IMG/VR virus record: IMGVR_UViG_3300031673_008942
Span: 32,001 to 96,000 of that record
DNA length: 64,000 nucleotides
Direction: 5' to 3' (one strand)
Source: a virus
Part shown: piece after piece, positions 1-8,746 of the stretch
Numbering within the stretch: the first letter of the stretch is position 1
Layout of the letters: each line of letters starts with the position of its first letter
Notes under the pieces: generated by a model
What the model was told of the DNA's origin: nothing
The model's input: the letters and a program-made list of their open reading frames with translations, nothing else
The model's database searches: none
Program-made: the position numbers and the translations under genes

Positions 1-1
1 T

Positions 2-178
2 GGAAGTATGAGCTTTGTGCTGAAAGGTGGCGGTTGGCCTGGTAGAAATAATTCCTTCAATAAAGAGATGACTGATAGGAACGAGGCGGCAGGACGAAGG
101 ATGCGTAAAGAGCATACTTCACCAATGAAAATGGTAGCACATGATTATGGCAATGGCGATGTGCGAGAGATTAAATGA
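2..178 (+). CDS. 3' end of a probable FmdB-family (zinc-ribbon) small protein, truncated by the window start
   Basis: Open frame from nt 2 to TGA 176-178 reads GSMSFVLKGGGWPGRNNSFNKEM...; the F-x-LKG-x-GW motif is typical of the C-terminal part of FmdB/CxxC_CxxC_SSSS proteins. Confidence 0.5.
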   Translation, partial: GSMSFVLKGGGWPGRNNSFNKEMTDRNEAAGRRMRKEHTSPMKMVAHDYGNGDVREIK

Positions 179-190
179 TTGGAGGATTTT

Positions 191-445
191 ATGTCCGAAG
201 ATAAGTCCACGTTATATCGAACATCGGATATTCATTTTGCTGCTTTTCTTTGCTCGTTGGATGTGCCTATGAAGGCTACAGAAGATGAGATTGGTTCAGG
301 CAAACCAAAGAAGGTTTTTGTTTTTGAAATGAGGGATGCTGATAAGCAAAGGATGAAGACCCTTTACTTTTCTGGCACTGGTACAGTTAAGGCTCGCACG
401 TTTGTGGATAACTTGCGGTCTTTGAAATCAATGTGTTACGTATAG
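191..445 (+). CDS. Small phage protein, DUF5659-like
   Basis: GGAGG RBS before ATG 191; YRTSDIHFAAFL...KVFVFE...Y pattern resembles DUF5659 phage proteins. Confidence 0.5.
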   Translation: MSEDKSTLYRTSDIHFAAFLCSLDVPMKATEDEIGSGKPKKVFVFEMRDADKQRMKTLYFSGTGTVKARTFVDNLRSLKSMCYV

Positions 446-455
446 AGGTAGATAT

Positions 456-1844
456 ATGGATAGGATAGCTGATGATATCCTTAAACTGGCTAGGCAATTA
501 GTTGCTGAAGAGGAAGATTCTAATTTTGCTCAAAAGGTTCAATCTCTCAGAGGCGAGGGAATGAGAAGCGTTCTTAAAAATAAGAACAAAACTTTGAAGC
601 AAGTTGGGGTATCCAAGCCGTTGCGTCCAAGCTCCATGGTCGAAGATATAATTGATACTTTGGTTTCCATAGCCCAATATAAGAGTTCCGACAGAGAACG
701 TGAATCATCAGGAAGGGCTCTTAATCCAAATATTTTACTTAAAGGGCTGAAAACATTACGAGGGAAGCGTAGAAAGCGTTTAAAGAATTTTGGAATTAAC
801 GACCAAGTTCGGACGAATACGAGGGTAATTAATTTTATCAATGATGTGGTGTTTCCTTTGCTTGAGGTCTCTTATAAAGAAGATGCCGAGCAGGCTGAAA
901 AGGATTTAGCGAAAAGGGAGACTAAGCAAGTAGACATTGGTCAGGATGTTTTACCTGCCGGGGGATTCTTTGAGCCAGTTGAAAAAGTTTTACCTGAGGT
1001 AGCGCATCAAAGAGGGCATACCAAGGAGGAGGTATATAAAGAAGCGGCCGAAGCTCAAGAGGAGATGATGGATTGGATGAATAGGGGTAAAGGAATGGAT
1101 GCAAAGTTAGGTTTGCGTCATACTTCTCCAGACCCTGAAGAATTAGCTAAGCCAGGTCCACTGCTTTTAACTGCTCCATTGAAAGGAGAAAAGAGAGCAA
1201 CTGAGAAAGTTGAATCAGATTACGATGGGGATTGGTCTCAATTAACAGATGTCGTGCGAGCAAGCGTTGCTGTAGATTCGGTTGATGAAATAGGTGTAGT
1301 CTTAGATGAGTTACGTAAGTCTGGAATGAAATTAGCGAAGCGACCTAAGGATAGGTTTGCAAACCCTACAGGTGCTGGCTATCGAGACATCTTAATGAAT
1401 GTTGAATATCCTAATGGTCATATTGGAGAGCTTCAGATTCACTTAAAGCCTATTCTGTTGGCTAAAGACGCTGGTCATGATTTGTATGAAAAAGTGAGAG
1501 AGATAGAAGCTCAGGCTAGTATAGAGGGGCGTGAAGATTTAACTGATGAAGAGCAGGTTATCGTAGACGATGCAAATGAAAAAATGAAAGAGCTTTACGA
1601 TAAGGCTTGGTTGCAATCTATTGGGCGTACCGTGGCAGGCTCTTATCATTTTGCAGTCCAGGCAGCTAAATTTTTCATGCATGGGGGCAATCCAGTTATT
1701 TGGATTAGAAATAAGTTCCCTATAATGAATGTTAAGAAAAAGACTGTGGTTGTTTATGATATGGAGAAGTTCCATAGGGAGGCAGACCCTATTAGCAGCA
1801 GAAAGTATTTAAGGGAGATGAAAAGGCGTGGTGTTTTACGATAA
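456..1844 (+). CDS. RelA/SpoT-type (alarmone synthetase-like) nucleotidyltransferase-domain protein with N-terminal amphipathic peptide
   Basis: Synthetase-like motifs in the correct order: PLKGEKRATEKV, LTDVVRAS, GYRDILMNV, GELQIH, GHDLYEKVR; GAGGT RBS. Confidence 0.8.
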   Translation: MDRIADDILKLARQLVAEEEDSNFAQKVQSLRGEGMRSVLKNKNKTLKQVGVSKPLRPSSMVEDIIDTLVSIAQYKSSDRERESSGRALNPNILLKGLKTLRGKRRKRLKNFGINDQVRTNTRVINFINDVVFPLLEVSYKEDAEQAEKDLAKRETKQVDIGQDVLPAGGFFEPVEKVLPEVAHQRGHTKEEVYKEAAEAQEEMMDWMNRGKGMDAKLGLRHTSPDPEELAKPGPLLLTAPLKGEKRATEKVESDYDGDWSQLTDVVRASVAVDSVDEIGVVLDELRKSGMKLAKRPKDRFANPTGAGYRDILMNVEYPNGHIGELQIHLKPILLAKDAGHDLYEKVREIEAQASIEGREDLTDEEQVIVDDANEKMKELYDKAWLQSIGRTVAGSYHFAVQAAKFFMHGGNPVIWIRNKFPIMNVKKKTVVVYDMEKFHREADPISSRKYLREMKRRGVLR

Positions 1845-2251
1845 TGGAAAAGATAGCTCAGAGATTGGCTGAAGATGCAATAGCTACCAGAATCGCTTTT
1901 ATAGTGGTAGGAAAGGCACGCCCGGATGATTTGTTTGCTGGAACTTTTTATGATATTCGTGAAAAAGCTAAGAAGTTGAAAAATCAGTGGTCGGATGAGG
2001 CTCAGGGGTATTTGAATAAAACTTTAATAAATGACCTTAATAATAAGAAGGTCAAAGTTTTAGATGCAAAGGTAAGTTTAGGTCAATATAAGGGCAGTAA
2101 GTTTGTTACGTCGGCAAAGCTTCAGGTTCAGGTTAAGGATAGAAAAGCGGCAGAAGCTTTGCTCACTTATTTACAATCTAAATACAGCCCAAAATATAAG
2201 CTGAAGAACTTTGATGAGGATAATAATATTGCGGACTATAACGTAAGGTAG
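1844..2251 (+). CDS. Hypothetical basic protein, possible internal virion protein
   Basis: 135-aa ORF coupled to the upstream stop (TAATG); N-terminal KIAQRLA...IATRIA peptide. Confidence 0.6.
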   Translation: MEKIAQRLAEDAIATRIAFIVVGKARPDDLFAGTFYDIREKAKKLKNQWSDEAQGYLNKTLINDLNNKKVKVLDAKVSLGQYKGSKFVTSAKLQVQVKDRKAAEALLTYLQSKYSPKYKLKNFDEDNNIADYNVR

Positions 2252-2257
2252 ATTGAG

Positions 2258-3136
2258 ATGGATAAGAAGAGGATTGCGAAAAAGCTTTTAGCTATTGCCA
2301 GGAATTTGGTGTCTGAAGCTACCGATAAGCAGGTTGAATTTGCCCAGGATTTGATTGAGCAGTTGGGCGAGAAAGGGGCTCCTGGTAAGTCGGCATTAAA
2401 GGCGATGTCTCCTGATGAGATTTCTAATCTTATTGATACTATGAAAAAGAGACGTGATGAAGGGGAGGGGCTTGCGACCGATAAGCAGGTTGGATTTGCT
2501 CAAGATTTGATTGAACAGACTGGCGGAAACGGACCCAATAAAGATTCTTTAAAGAAAATGGATAATAAAGAAATTTCCCAATTGATTGATTCCTTGAAGA
2601 GCAAGGAAGCCAGTTATCAGGTCTTTATTAGTTCTCGTGATTATGTCTCTCAAGTAAGTGACGAGATAGTTTCTATTATTGAGGATGGGAGAAAGCTCCC
2701 TGAAATTAAGGTGGAATATAACATCGAGTCTGGGCAAGTAGGTTCCCGTGATTCCATGGGTGTTCCTGAGGAGCCAAGTTGGGATGCTGGTCTTGATGAG
2801 CTTTATGTTGTTAATGATTCGGTAGTTGTTGAGGTGCCAATTTCAGATATTTTTAAGGAATTAAAATTGCGTGATTATCGGTCAGAGATTCAAAGACTGG
2901 CATTGAGTCTGCCGGATATTTTTAAGAGACTGAAAAGTTATGGGGGTTTGGATTTTACTGCCAATGTTGAGTTTGAGGGTAATGGGTCTGATTATGAGGA
3001 TAAGCTCACATTAGAAGGAAAGCCAAAGGGGCTTAAGATAAAGGGTAAGAATTTGAATATTTATTTAACTGATATTGATATTAAGAAGTCAGACAATGAT
3101 GAAATTGAAAATAATGTTATGGAGATAAATTACTAA
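2258..3136 (+). CDS. Hypothetical protein with two tandem ATDKQ...ISxLIDxLK repeats and N-terminal amphipathic peptide
   Basis: ATDKQVEFAQDLIEQ / ATDKQVGFAQDLIEQ duplication is visible in both protein and DNA. Confidence 0.7.
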   Translation: MDKKRIAKKLLAIARNLVSEATDKQVEFAQDLIEQLGEKGAPGKSALKAMSPDEISNLIDTMKKRRDEGEGLATDKQVGFAQDLIEQTGGNGPNKDSLKKMDNKEISQLIDSLKSKEASYQVFISSRDYVSQVSDEIVSIIEDGRKLPEIKVEYNIESGQVGSRDSMGVPEEPSWDAGLDELYVVNDSVVVEVPISDIFKELKLRDYRSEIQRLALSLPDIFKRLKSYGGLDFTANVEFEGNGSDYEDKLTLEGKPKGLKIKGKNLNIYLTDIDIKKSDNDEIENNVMEINY

Positions 3137-3939
3137 TGAGTGTTTTTCCTGGTACTTACATCCCCACTGGAGTGGCAAGCAGTGCTCATATGAATCATTT
3201 GATTGATGAGCTGTTGACCCCACGCTTGGCATCTTTTAGGCAGATATGTATTTATGATGAATTGGCTGTTTTATGTCCAGATAAATCTACTTGGGAGGGG
3301 ACTTTCGCTAATTGGTTGGAAGGTTTTAAATTTAGGTTTTGGAAAAACAATCAAGAGTTTGATGTTTCCTCGTTGGATTCGATTGATTATCTGTATGGCA
3401 CTTTTGTGTTTGACCCTGTCGATTTGGGTGCTGATGGGCGGACACTCGATACGATGGAAATAAGCTATGCGTTTGATTATTTTCCTGTGGCGGTTTTGGA
3501 GGGGTTGTTTAAGGCTGCAGTTCAGATTGTTAATTCGACTGCGGTAGGTCCGCCAACGAATTTTAAGATAGGTTCTAATCCTGAAGCTCCAGAATATTGG
3601 GATGGTGTTTTGGTTGATTTGGTTTTTGCTATGTGTATGGAGAAACTTTTGCTTGATTATGATTTGTGGAAGTATCGGTTAGTCTTTGCGATAGGTCCAA
3701 ATGAGGTTTATCAAGGCGGTGGTGGGGACATTACTGGCACTCTAGAGACCTTGAAGCAGAATGCAGAACAACGTGCTGAGCAGACATTGCAGAATGAAAA
3801 ATTCAAATCCGGTAATTATCTTGCTCCTCCTACTGCTGCATATTTTGCCTCCATTAGTGGAGGTGTGGGGGGAGGAATTCATGGTATTCCTTTCTTATCT
3901 GGGCGATTACGAGGATGGAAACCAAATAGTTATATTTAA
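3136..3939 (+). CDS. Probable virion neck / head-completion protein
   Basis: 267-aa ORF, translationally coupled; lies ahead of the tail genes; helical C-terminal half resembles head-tail adaptors (positional inference). Confidence 0.45.
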   Translation: MSVFPGTYIPTGVASSAHMNHLIDELLTPRLASFRQICIYDELAVLCPDKSTWEGTFANWLEGFKFRFWKNNQEFDVSSLDSIDYLYGTFVFDPVDLGADGRTLDTMEISYAFDYFPVAVLEGLFKAAVQIVNSTAVGPPTNFKIGSNPEAPEYWDGVLVDLVFAMCMEKLLLDYDLWKYRLVFAIGPNEVYQGGGGDITGTLETLKQNAEQRAEQTLQNEKFKSGNYLAPPTAAYFASISGGVGGGIHGIPFLSGRLRGWKPNSYI

Positions 3940-3948
3940 GGTGGTATT

Positions 3949-4317
3949 ATGGCAGATGAAATAACATATCAATTTCAGACAGTTTTGAATAATGGCAATC
4001 TTCAAGACCAATATTCATCTGGCTCAAGTTCGGCAGACCAGTCTAATGCTAAATTGATTAGAAATGTACAAACCATTGGTTTTGCGACACATGAGGCTTT
4101 AGAGTTAGGTGATGTGGCGACCCCAGGTTATGCGGTTTTTAAGAATCTAGATGACACGAATTTTGTCCAGATTGGTTTAGAGGTTGGTGGTACTTTTTAT
4201 CCATTTGCGAAGCTTAGTAGTGAGAACCAGGGGATGGTGCCTTTGGCGAACGTGACTTTTTACGCTCAGGCGGATAGTGCGGATGTAGAACTTTTTTATA
4301 TTATATATGATAGTTAA
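3949..4317 (+). CDS. Small beta-rich putative virion protein
   Basis: AAGGTGG RBS; 122 aa, acidic and beta-rich; structural context. Confidence 0.55.
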   Translation: MADEITYQFQTVLNNGNLQDQYSSGSSSADQSNAKLIRNVQTIGFATHEALELGDVATPGYAVFKNLDDTNFVQIGLEVGGTFYPFAKLSSENQGMVPLANVTFYAQADSADVELFYIIYDS

Positions 4318-4344
4318 AAAGCAAATCCTTTTTGGAGGTTGGTT

Positions 4345-4587
4345 ATGAAAGATATAGTGAGCAATATGGCTGAACGGATAGCTGTAGATGTTGTTGCTGC
4401 CGGTAGCGGCGACAAGGAAGAATATATGCGTTTTTTCAAGAAGAAACTTGAGAAGTACAAGGTTGACAGTCCTGCGGATTTGGAAACTGGGAAACGTAAG
4501 AAATTTTATGAAGAGGTTGATTCTGGTTGGACGTCTGATGCTGAGAGTAGTATGGCAGGTCCAAAGATTGGAAGACGCTCAAAATAA
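4345..4587 (+). CDS. Small putative internal head / prohead-core-like protein
   Basis: GGAGG RBS before ATG 4345; YMRFFKKKLEKYKVDSPADL...KKFYEEVD resembles a module I recall from T4-like head-associated proteins (recollection, unverified). Confidence 0.45.
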   Translation: MKDIVSNMAERIAVDVVAAGSGDKEEYMRFFKKKLEKYKVDSPADLETGKRKKFYEEVDSGWTSDAESSMAGPKIGRRSK

Positions 4588-4596
4588 GGAAAGATA

Positions 4597-4869
4597 ATGG
4601 GCTTTGATTTAAATGCAGAAATGAAAGAGATTGCTAATCTTATTGATGAGGCAGACCTTATCATGGCTGTGCGTAATGAAGTGAAGTCCGTTAAAGGGGC
4701 GATTGTTACAGATGGTAAGCATCAGGATAATGTTGCTTATCAAGTGATTATTCGTTGTGGGGTCGAGGATAAGAAGGTGGCAAGGCGTCTAAAAAGTAGT
4801 ATGCCAAATATTGATGTTGACAGTATAGCAACGGGGATATTAGGGGTCAATCAAAGCAGGAGGGGATAA
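4597..4869 (+). CDS. Hypothetical protein
   Basis: AAGGA RBS, 90 aa, in operon. Confidence 0.6.
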   Translation: MGFDLNAEMKEIANLIDEADLIMAVRNEVKSVKGAIVTDGKHQDNVAYQVIIRCGVEDKKVARRLKSSMPNIDVDSIATGILGVNQSRRG

Positions 4870-4872
4870 AGG

Positions 4873-5361
4873 ATGGCAAGTGATATTTCACCAACAACTG
4901 GTCAGGTGTATTACAGTGGTCCTTGGACGGATATTCAGAATGTTTTGAGGACTTTTGATATCGGAGAGGGGAAGCTTGCCAAGGTAACTCAGACTCTTGT
5001 AAATTTTTATCAGGAAACGATTGATAGAGATACGGATGCTCTTTTAGAACCTCTTTATCATGTTCCTTTGAGGGGAATGAATCAAGTACAGCCAGATGGA
5101 ACGACAAAGGTTGTTTTCCCTGGTGATGTGAAGAGGGCGACAATTTATTGGAGTGCTGGGCTGTTAATTTTAACAGAATTCAGTGGACTTGCTCAAAACA
5201 CTACAGAGCAGGCGACAAATTATATAGAAAGCTCTCGTAGGCAGATATATGACATAATCCGTTTTACCCACCGAATTCCAGGACAACGTCAAAAGAGCAA
5301 TATAAGTCGGACGATGCCTCCTACGCTTCAACCTCCTGATTTGCCTCAAGCAAATTTTTAA
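4873..5361 (+). CDS. Probable head-tail connector/adaptor protein
   Basis: YS...DI start, IDRDTDALL...YHVPL...P.DVKRAT...AG pattern as in Mu gp36 / HK97 gp6-like connectors. Confidence 0.55.
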   Translation: MASDISPTTGQVYYSGPWTDIQNVLRTFDIGEGKLAKVTQTLVNFYQETIDRDTDALLEPLYHVPLRGMNQVQPDGTTKVVFPGDVKRATIYWSAGLLILTEFSGLAQNTTEQATNYIESSRRQIYDIIRFTHRIPGQRQKSNISRTMPPTLQPPDLPQANF

Positions 5362-5370
5362 GGAGGTAGC

Positions 5371-5688
5371 ATGATAAGATATGCGAAAGAGCTACTGAGC
5401 ATAGCGAAAGATGTTATTCCCGATATTGAATATGAGTTTGTTTTAGGTGAAGACTATCGAATTCTTGATGAGATATTTTCTAATTTTAATAGGTATATTT
5501 CCCGAATAAAGCATAATGAGGGATTTGAGACTACTTTGGTTCGTTATGATGGAGATGACTCTATGATTGTTGGAGTTGGAATCAGTGACCATCCTCATAA
5601 GGAAGCGATTTTACGAGAATTGGATAAGTATGTAAAAGGTATGGCAAAGAAGCTAAATGTAGAAATGAGAGAAGATTATGTATACTAA
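5371..5688 (+). CDS. Hypothetical protein with N-terminal amphipathic peptide
   Basis: AAGGAGGT RBS; starts MIRYAKELLSIAKDVI. Confidence 0.65.
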   Translation: MIRYAKELLSIAKDVIPDIEYEFVLGEDYRILDEIFSNFNRYISRIKHNEGFETTLVRYDGDDSMIVGVGISDHPHKEAILRELDKYVKGMAKKLNVEMREDYVY

Positions 5689-6250
5689 TCCCTCAAATAT
5701 TATAAATACAGTTTTAGAATTGCTTGGAAGCAATGAGCTTCAGATAAATCAATGTGTTCAAGTTTATCAGCCGAGTCGCACTCTGGTTGTATTTAAGGGG
5801 ATGCGTAATGTATTGCCTGCGGATGCTTTCCCTAGTTTGGAGATTGAGCCTACGAATGCCTCAAATCAATGGGCAACAACCAGGGCGCAGCGACCCACTT
5901 ACAATTTCAAATTTACGCTTACGGTTCAAAATTCAAATGAGCAATATGGGGTGGAGTATATTGCTACAATTGCCACAATTTTAGTAGAAATCCTTACGAG
6001 CCCTCAAAATCTCCAGATGAAAGTTCTTGGAGAGACCAAATGGACTCCAAATGACGGCTTGGTGGATACTTTTATTCTTGATAGTTTAGTGCAAGATGTT
6101 ACCTACGATGCCTTTAAGGATGGCAGTTTGCGTACTGCTGAGTTTAATTGGTTTGCGACGATTAATGAAAGTTATCCAGAGAGTATGTGGTTGGGAAGTT
6201 TTGGGAATGCTAATGAGCCAACCATTCTCTTGCCTAAGATTATCGAGTAG
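5678..6250 (+). CDS. Probable tail terminator / tail-completion protein
   Basis: N-terminal helix, FPSLEIEP, beta-strand/helix pattern and position before the tube genes. Confidence 0.5.
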   Translation: MYTNPSNIINTVLELLGSNELQINQCVQVYQPSRTLVVFKGMRNVLPADAFPSLEIEPTNASNQWATTRAQRPTYNFKFTLTVQNSNEQYGVEYIATIATILVEILTSPQNLQMKVLGETKWTPNDGLVDTFILDSLVQDVTYDAFKDGSLRTAEFNWFATINESYPESMWLGSFGNANEPTILLPKIIE

Positions 6251-6298
6251 TGAATTTTCACATTTTTTTTATATATCCTATTTATTTAAGAGGTTTTT

Positions 6299-6574
6299 AT
6301 GGATTTGGTCAAAGTTGATGAAGCGGTAAGCCTTCTATTAGGCGAAGATTTGAATGATAAGTATGTTGATTCGGTTGATGTCGGAGAGATTCCTTATCAG
6401 TCCAATTTGGCTTCCTTGAAGAATTTTGATATTCGAAATGATGCAGAGAAGGGCGAGAAAGAGTTAAAAAGAGCCATCTCAGGAATAGATGAGTGGATAA
6501 AAGCATTGGAGATTTACAGAAATGCCGCAAAAGAAGTCGCTAAAAAAGGAACTGCCGCCTTACGCTCGGCTTAA
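6299..6574 (+). CDS. Hypothetical helical protein
   Basis: GAGGT RBS after an AT-rich intergenic gap; 91 aa. Confidence 0.6.
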   Translation: MDLVKVDEAVSLLLGEDLNDKYVDSVDVGEIPYQSNLASLKNFDIRNDAEKGEKELKRAISGIDEWIKALEIYRNAAKEVAKKGTAALRSA

Positions 6575-6812
6575 AACGGTTCCTGCTTTGAAGAAGGTGG
6601 CGACTAATATGGCCTTGATGCATAAGTCATCGACGGAACTGAAACATTTGGAGACCGATTTTATAAAGTATGATATGAGCGATGAAGAGCTTGAAGTTGC
6701 AATGGATGATATGGCTTATTTTGCGGTTGAAGGAGCAAAGAATGCGGATTTGGCCATTGATAAATTGAAGGCTGTTCAAAATAAGATGAAGAGCTATTTG
6801 AAGGATTTATAA
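6522..6812 (+). CDS. Hypothetical helical protein; start uncertain (possibly 6609, or continuous with the previous ORF by frameshift)
   Basis: Its stop is coupled to the next ATG (TAATG at 6810-6814); fills the gap in the operon. Confidence 0.5.
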   Translation: MPQKKSLKKELPPYARLKTVPALKKVATNMALMHKSSTELKHLETDFIKYDMSDEELEVAMDDMAYFAVEGAKNADLAIDKLKAVQNKMKSYLKDL

Positions 6813-7609
6813 TGTCATTAGTAAGTACTTCAGTTTTAATAGGAATTGCTGATAGGGCTGCCTCTCAGGTTGAATTGATAAAGACAGCTTTAGATGATTC
6901 CACTGCCACAGGTGGCGGAGATTATGTGACAAGAGTAACGGATACGGATAATCCAGATTTGGAAATTCCGACAGAAGGCGAATATGAGATTGTTGACGAG
7001 GATTTTACTTTGTGTATGGCACTAAAATACGGAACTCAGTTATCACGAATTGTGACTGGAATGTTGGCTCATTTTAATCGTAAAGATTCAGGTGGACAAC
7101 CTCTTCAGCAGGGTGGTTGGGATGGATATTGCCAAAATGAAGATATTCGTATGAGTTGGTATTTTAGTCAGTTGTTCTTTTGTACGCAAAGTTATTACAT
7201 GTTGGCGAATGATGTGTTTTCAGAATCAGTGGATGTTTTCGGGACTGTAGAACTTATTGGTGGTCCTGCTATAGATTTTACAAATGGTATAAATTACGGA
7301 AATGGTTCAATCAATAATCCGGCCAACGGTCAATATTATGCTGCTACTCAATTAAAAATTGTAGTGACATCTATGGGCGGTACAGATTTGGATTTGAGAT
7401 TGTCGGTTAAGGATATTAATGACTTGCCTACAACCATAGATGTCACTATTAGCGGAGGGTCCTCAGTAGGGACAGAAATCCCAGTCGGTACATCTTCGGA
7501 TAGATTCTTAGATGTGACAAACGTTTCGTTTGTTCCTTTTGGTTCCTTTGGAACTCTTGGGGATGAGGTAACAATTCAAAATTTAAAAGAAAGACAAATT
7601 TCTTTATAA
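6812..7609 (+). CDS. Putative virion structural (tail-associated) protein
   Basis: 265 aa, acidic, Gly/Thr/Ser-rich beta C-terminus; directly upstream of the tube gene. Confidence 0.55.
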   Translation: MSLVSTSVLIGIADRAASQVELIKTALDDSTATGGGDYVTRVTDTDNPDLEIPTEGEYEIVDEDFTLCMALKYGTQLSRIVTGMLAHFNRKDSGGQPLQQGGWDGYCQNEDIRMSWYFSQLFFCTQSYYMLANDVFSESVDVFGTVELIGGPAIDFTNGINYGNGSINNPANGQYYAATQLKIVVTSMGGTDLDLRLSVKDINDLPTTIDVTISGGSSVGTEIPVGTSSDRFLDVTNVSFVPFGSFGTLGDEVTIQNLKERQISL

Positions 7610-7630
7610 CAACAAAAAAGGAGGTGCCCT

Positions 7631-8725
7631 ATGGGTATGGGTTACCAAGGATTCGTCAAGTTCTATGAGACTGGACCAAGTTCAGACCCAATAGTTCTTT
7701 TGACCACAGGAGCAAGTGTTAACTTGGTTCTTGAGCCAATCTACAGTACTTCAGTTTGGGGTGCAGGTTGGTATAATGCTGCGACAACAGCACATTACGC
7801 AGATAACGCAATTAGATTCGAAGGTAATGTTGACTTCGAAATGCAAGCATCAGATGCCGTTTGGGATTTGATGGGTGATTGGATTGTTAATGACCGTGCT
7901 TACCCACGCTCTATTGATATTTCACCTGATGGTGCTCGTGTTTATCATTACCTGACAACAGGTGCATATAACGCTAATTATGACTTGAATGGTGCATGGA
8001 ATACATCTGCATCCTTCAGTACTTCAGAAGGGTCATTCGTGACTGTTTCTGCTGGTGTTGTAGCTCTTGACCGTACTGAGACTGACCCTGCCGGTGGCAC
8101 GGACTTCTCAGATTACAGCTATATTCAGCAGAAAACTGGTGTTGTAGCCGGTGACTGTACAGAGCTAGCTTTAACCAACCCATTGAACCCTGGCGGTAAC
8201 AATGTGGACCCAATCCCATACTGGCGTACAAACGCTCAGTTGTTGACAGGTACTTATAGTTCTCCATTTACTGGTGGTGCTGTTCCTCAGACTGGATTGG
8301 AAACGGTTGAGTGGTCTGTTGATGTAACTCAGAATCAGGTGATTCTCTATACTGCTAATGGTACTCGTTTACCAACGGCGTTATTGCAGGGTCCGATGGA
8401 CGTAACAGGGAACTTGGTTCTCTATAATGAAGATGGTGTTTTTGACCCAATTATTGGTCCAAGTGGTACTGGTACATTGACTTCTCCATTCATGTTCGCT
8501 GAGAATACATGGTTCAGAGTATCAATCGCTCGTGGTGTAGACCCAACGGTCTACATGGAAGTTCCTGCGGTTGTTATTGAGTCTGATGACTACAGTATTA
8601 CAGGACAGGATGCGGTAACGAATCGTGGATTCGGTATCAAGGGTCTTGGTGGACGTTGTAATGGTACAGTTACTCTTCCTCCATTCATCATGTCTGATAG
8701 TGCTGGTAGTTTCGTTGCTCCATAA
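7631..8725 (+). CDS. Probable major tail tube protein (paralog 1)
   Basis: Strong AAGGAGGT RBS; high-expression-type codon use (TTC, AAC, CGT); MGYQG start, EWSVDVTQ...P...GPMDVTGNL tube-like pattern. Confidence 0.65.
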   Translation: MGMGYQGFVKFYETGPSSDPIVLLTTGASVNLVLEPIYSTSVWGAGWYNAATTAHYADNAIRFEGNVDFEMQASDAVWDLMGDWIVNDRAYPRSIDISPDGARVYHYLTTGAYNANYDLNGAWNTSASFSTSEGSFVTVSAGVVALDRTETDPAGGTDFSDYSYIQQKTGVVAGDCTELALTNPLNPGGNNVDPIPYWRTNAQLLTGTYSSPFTGGAVPQTGLETVEWSVDVTQNQVILYTANGTRLPTALLQGPMDVTGNLVLYNEDGVFDPIIGPSGTGTLTSPFMFAENTWFRVSIARGVDPTVYMEVPAVVIESDDYSITGQDAVTNRGFGIKGLGGRCNGTVTLPPFIMSDSAGSFVAP

Positions 8726-8746
8726 TCTAAATTAAGAGGTTATGTT

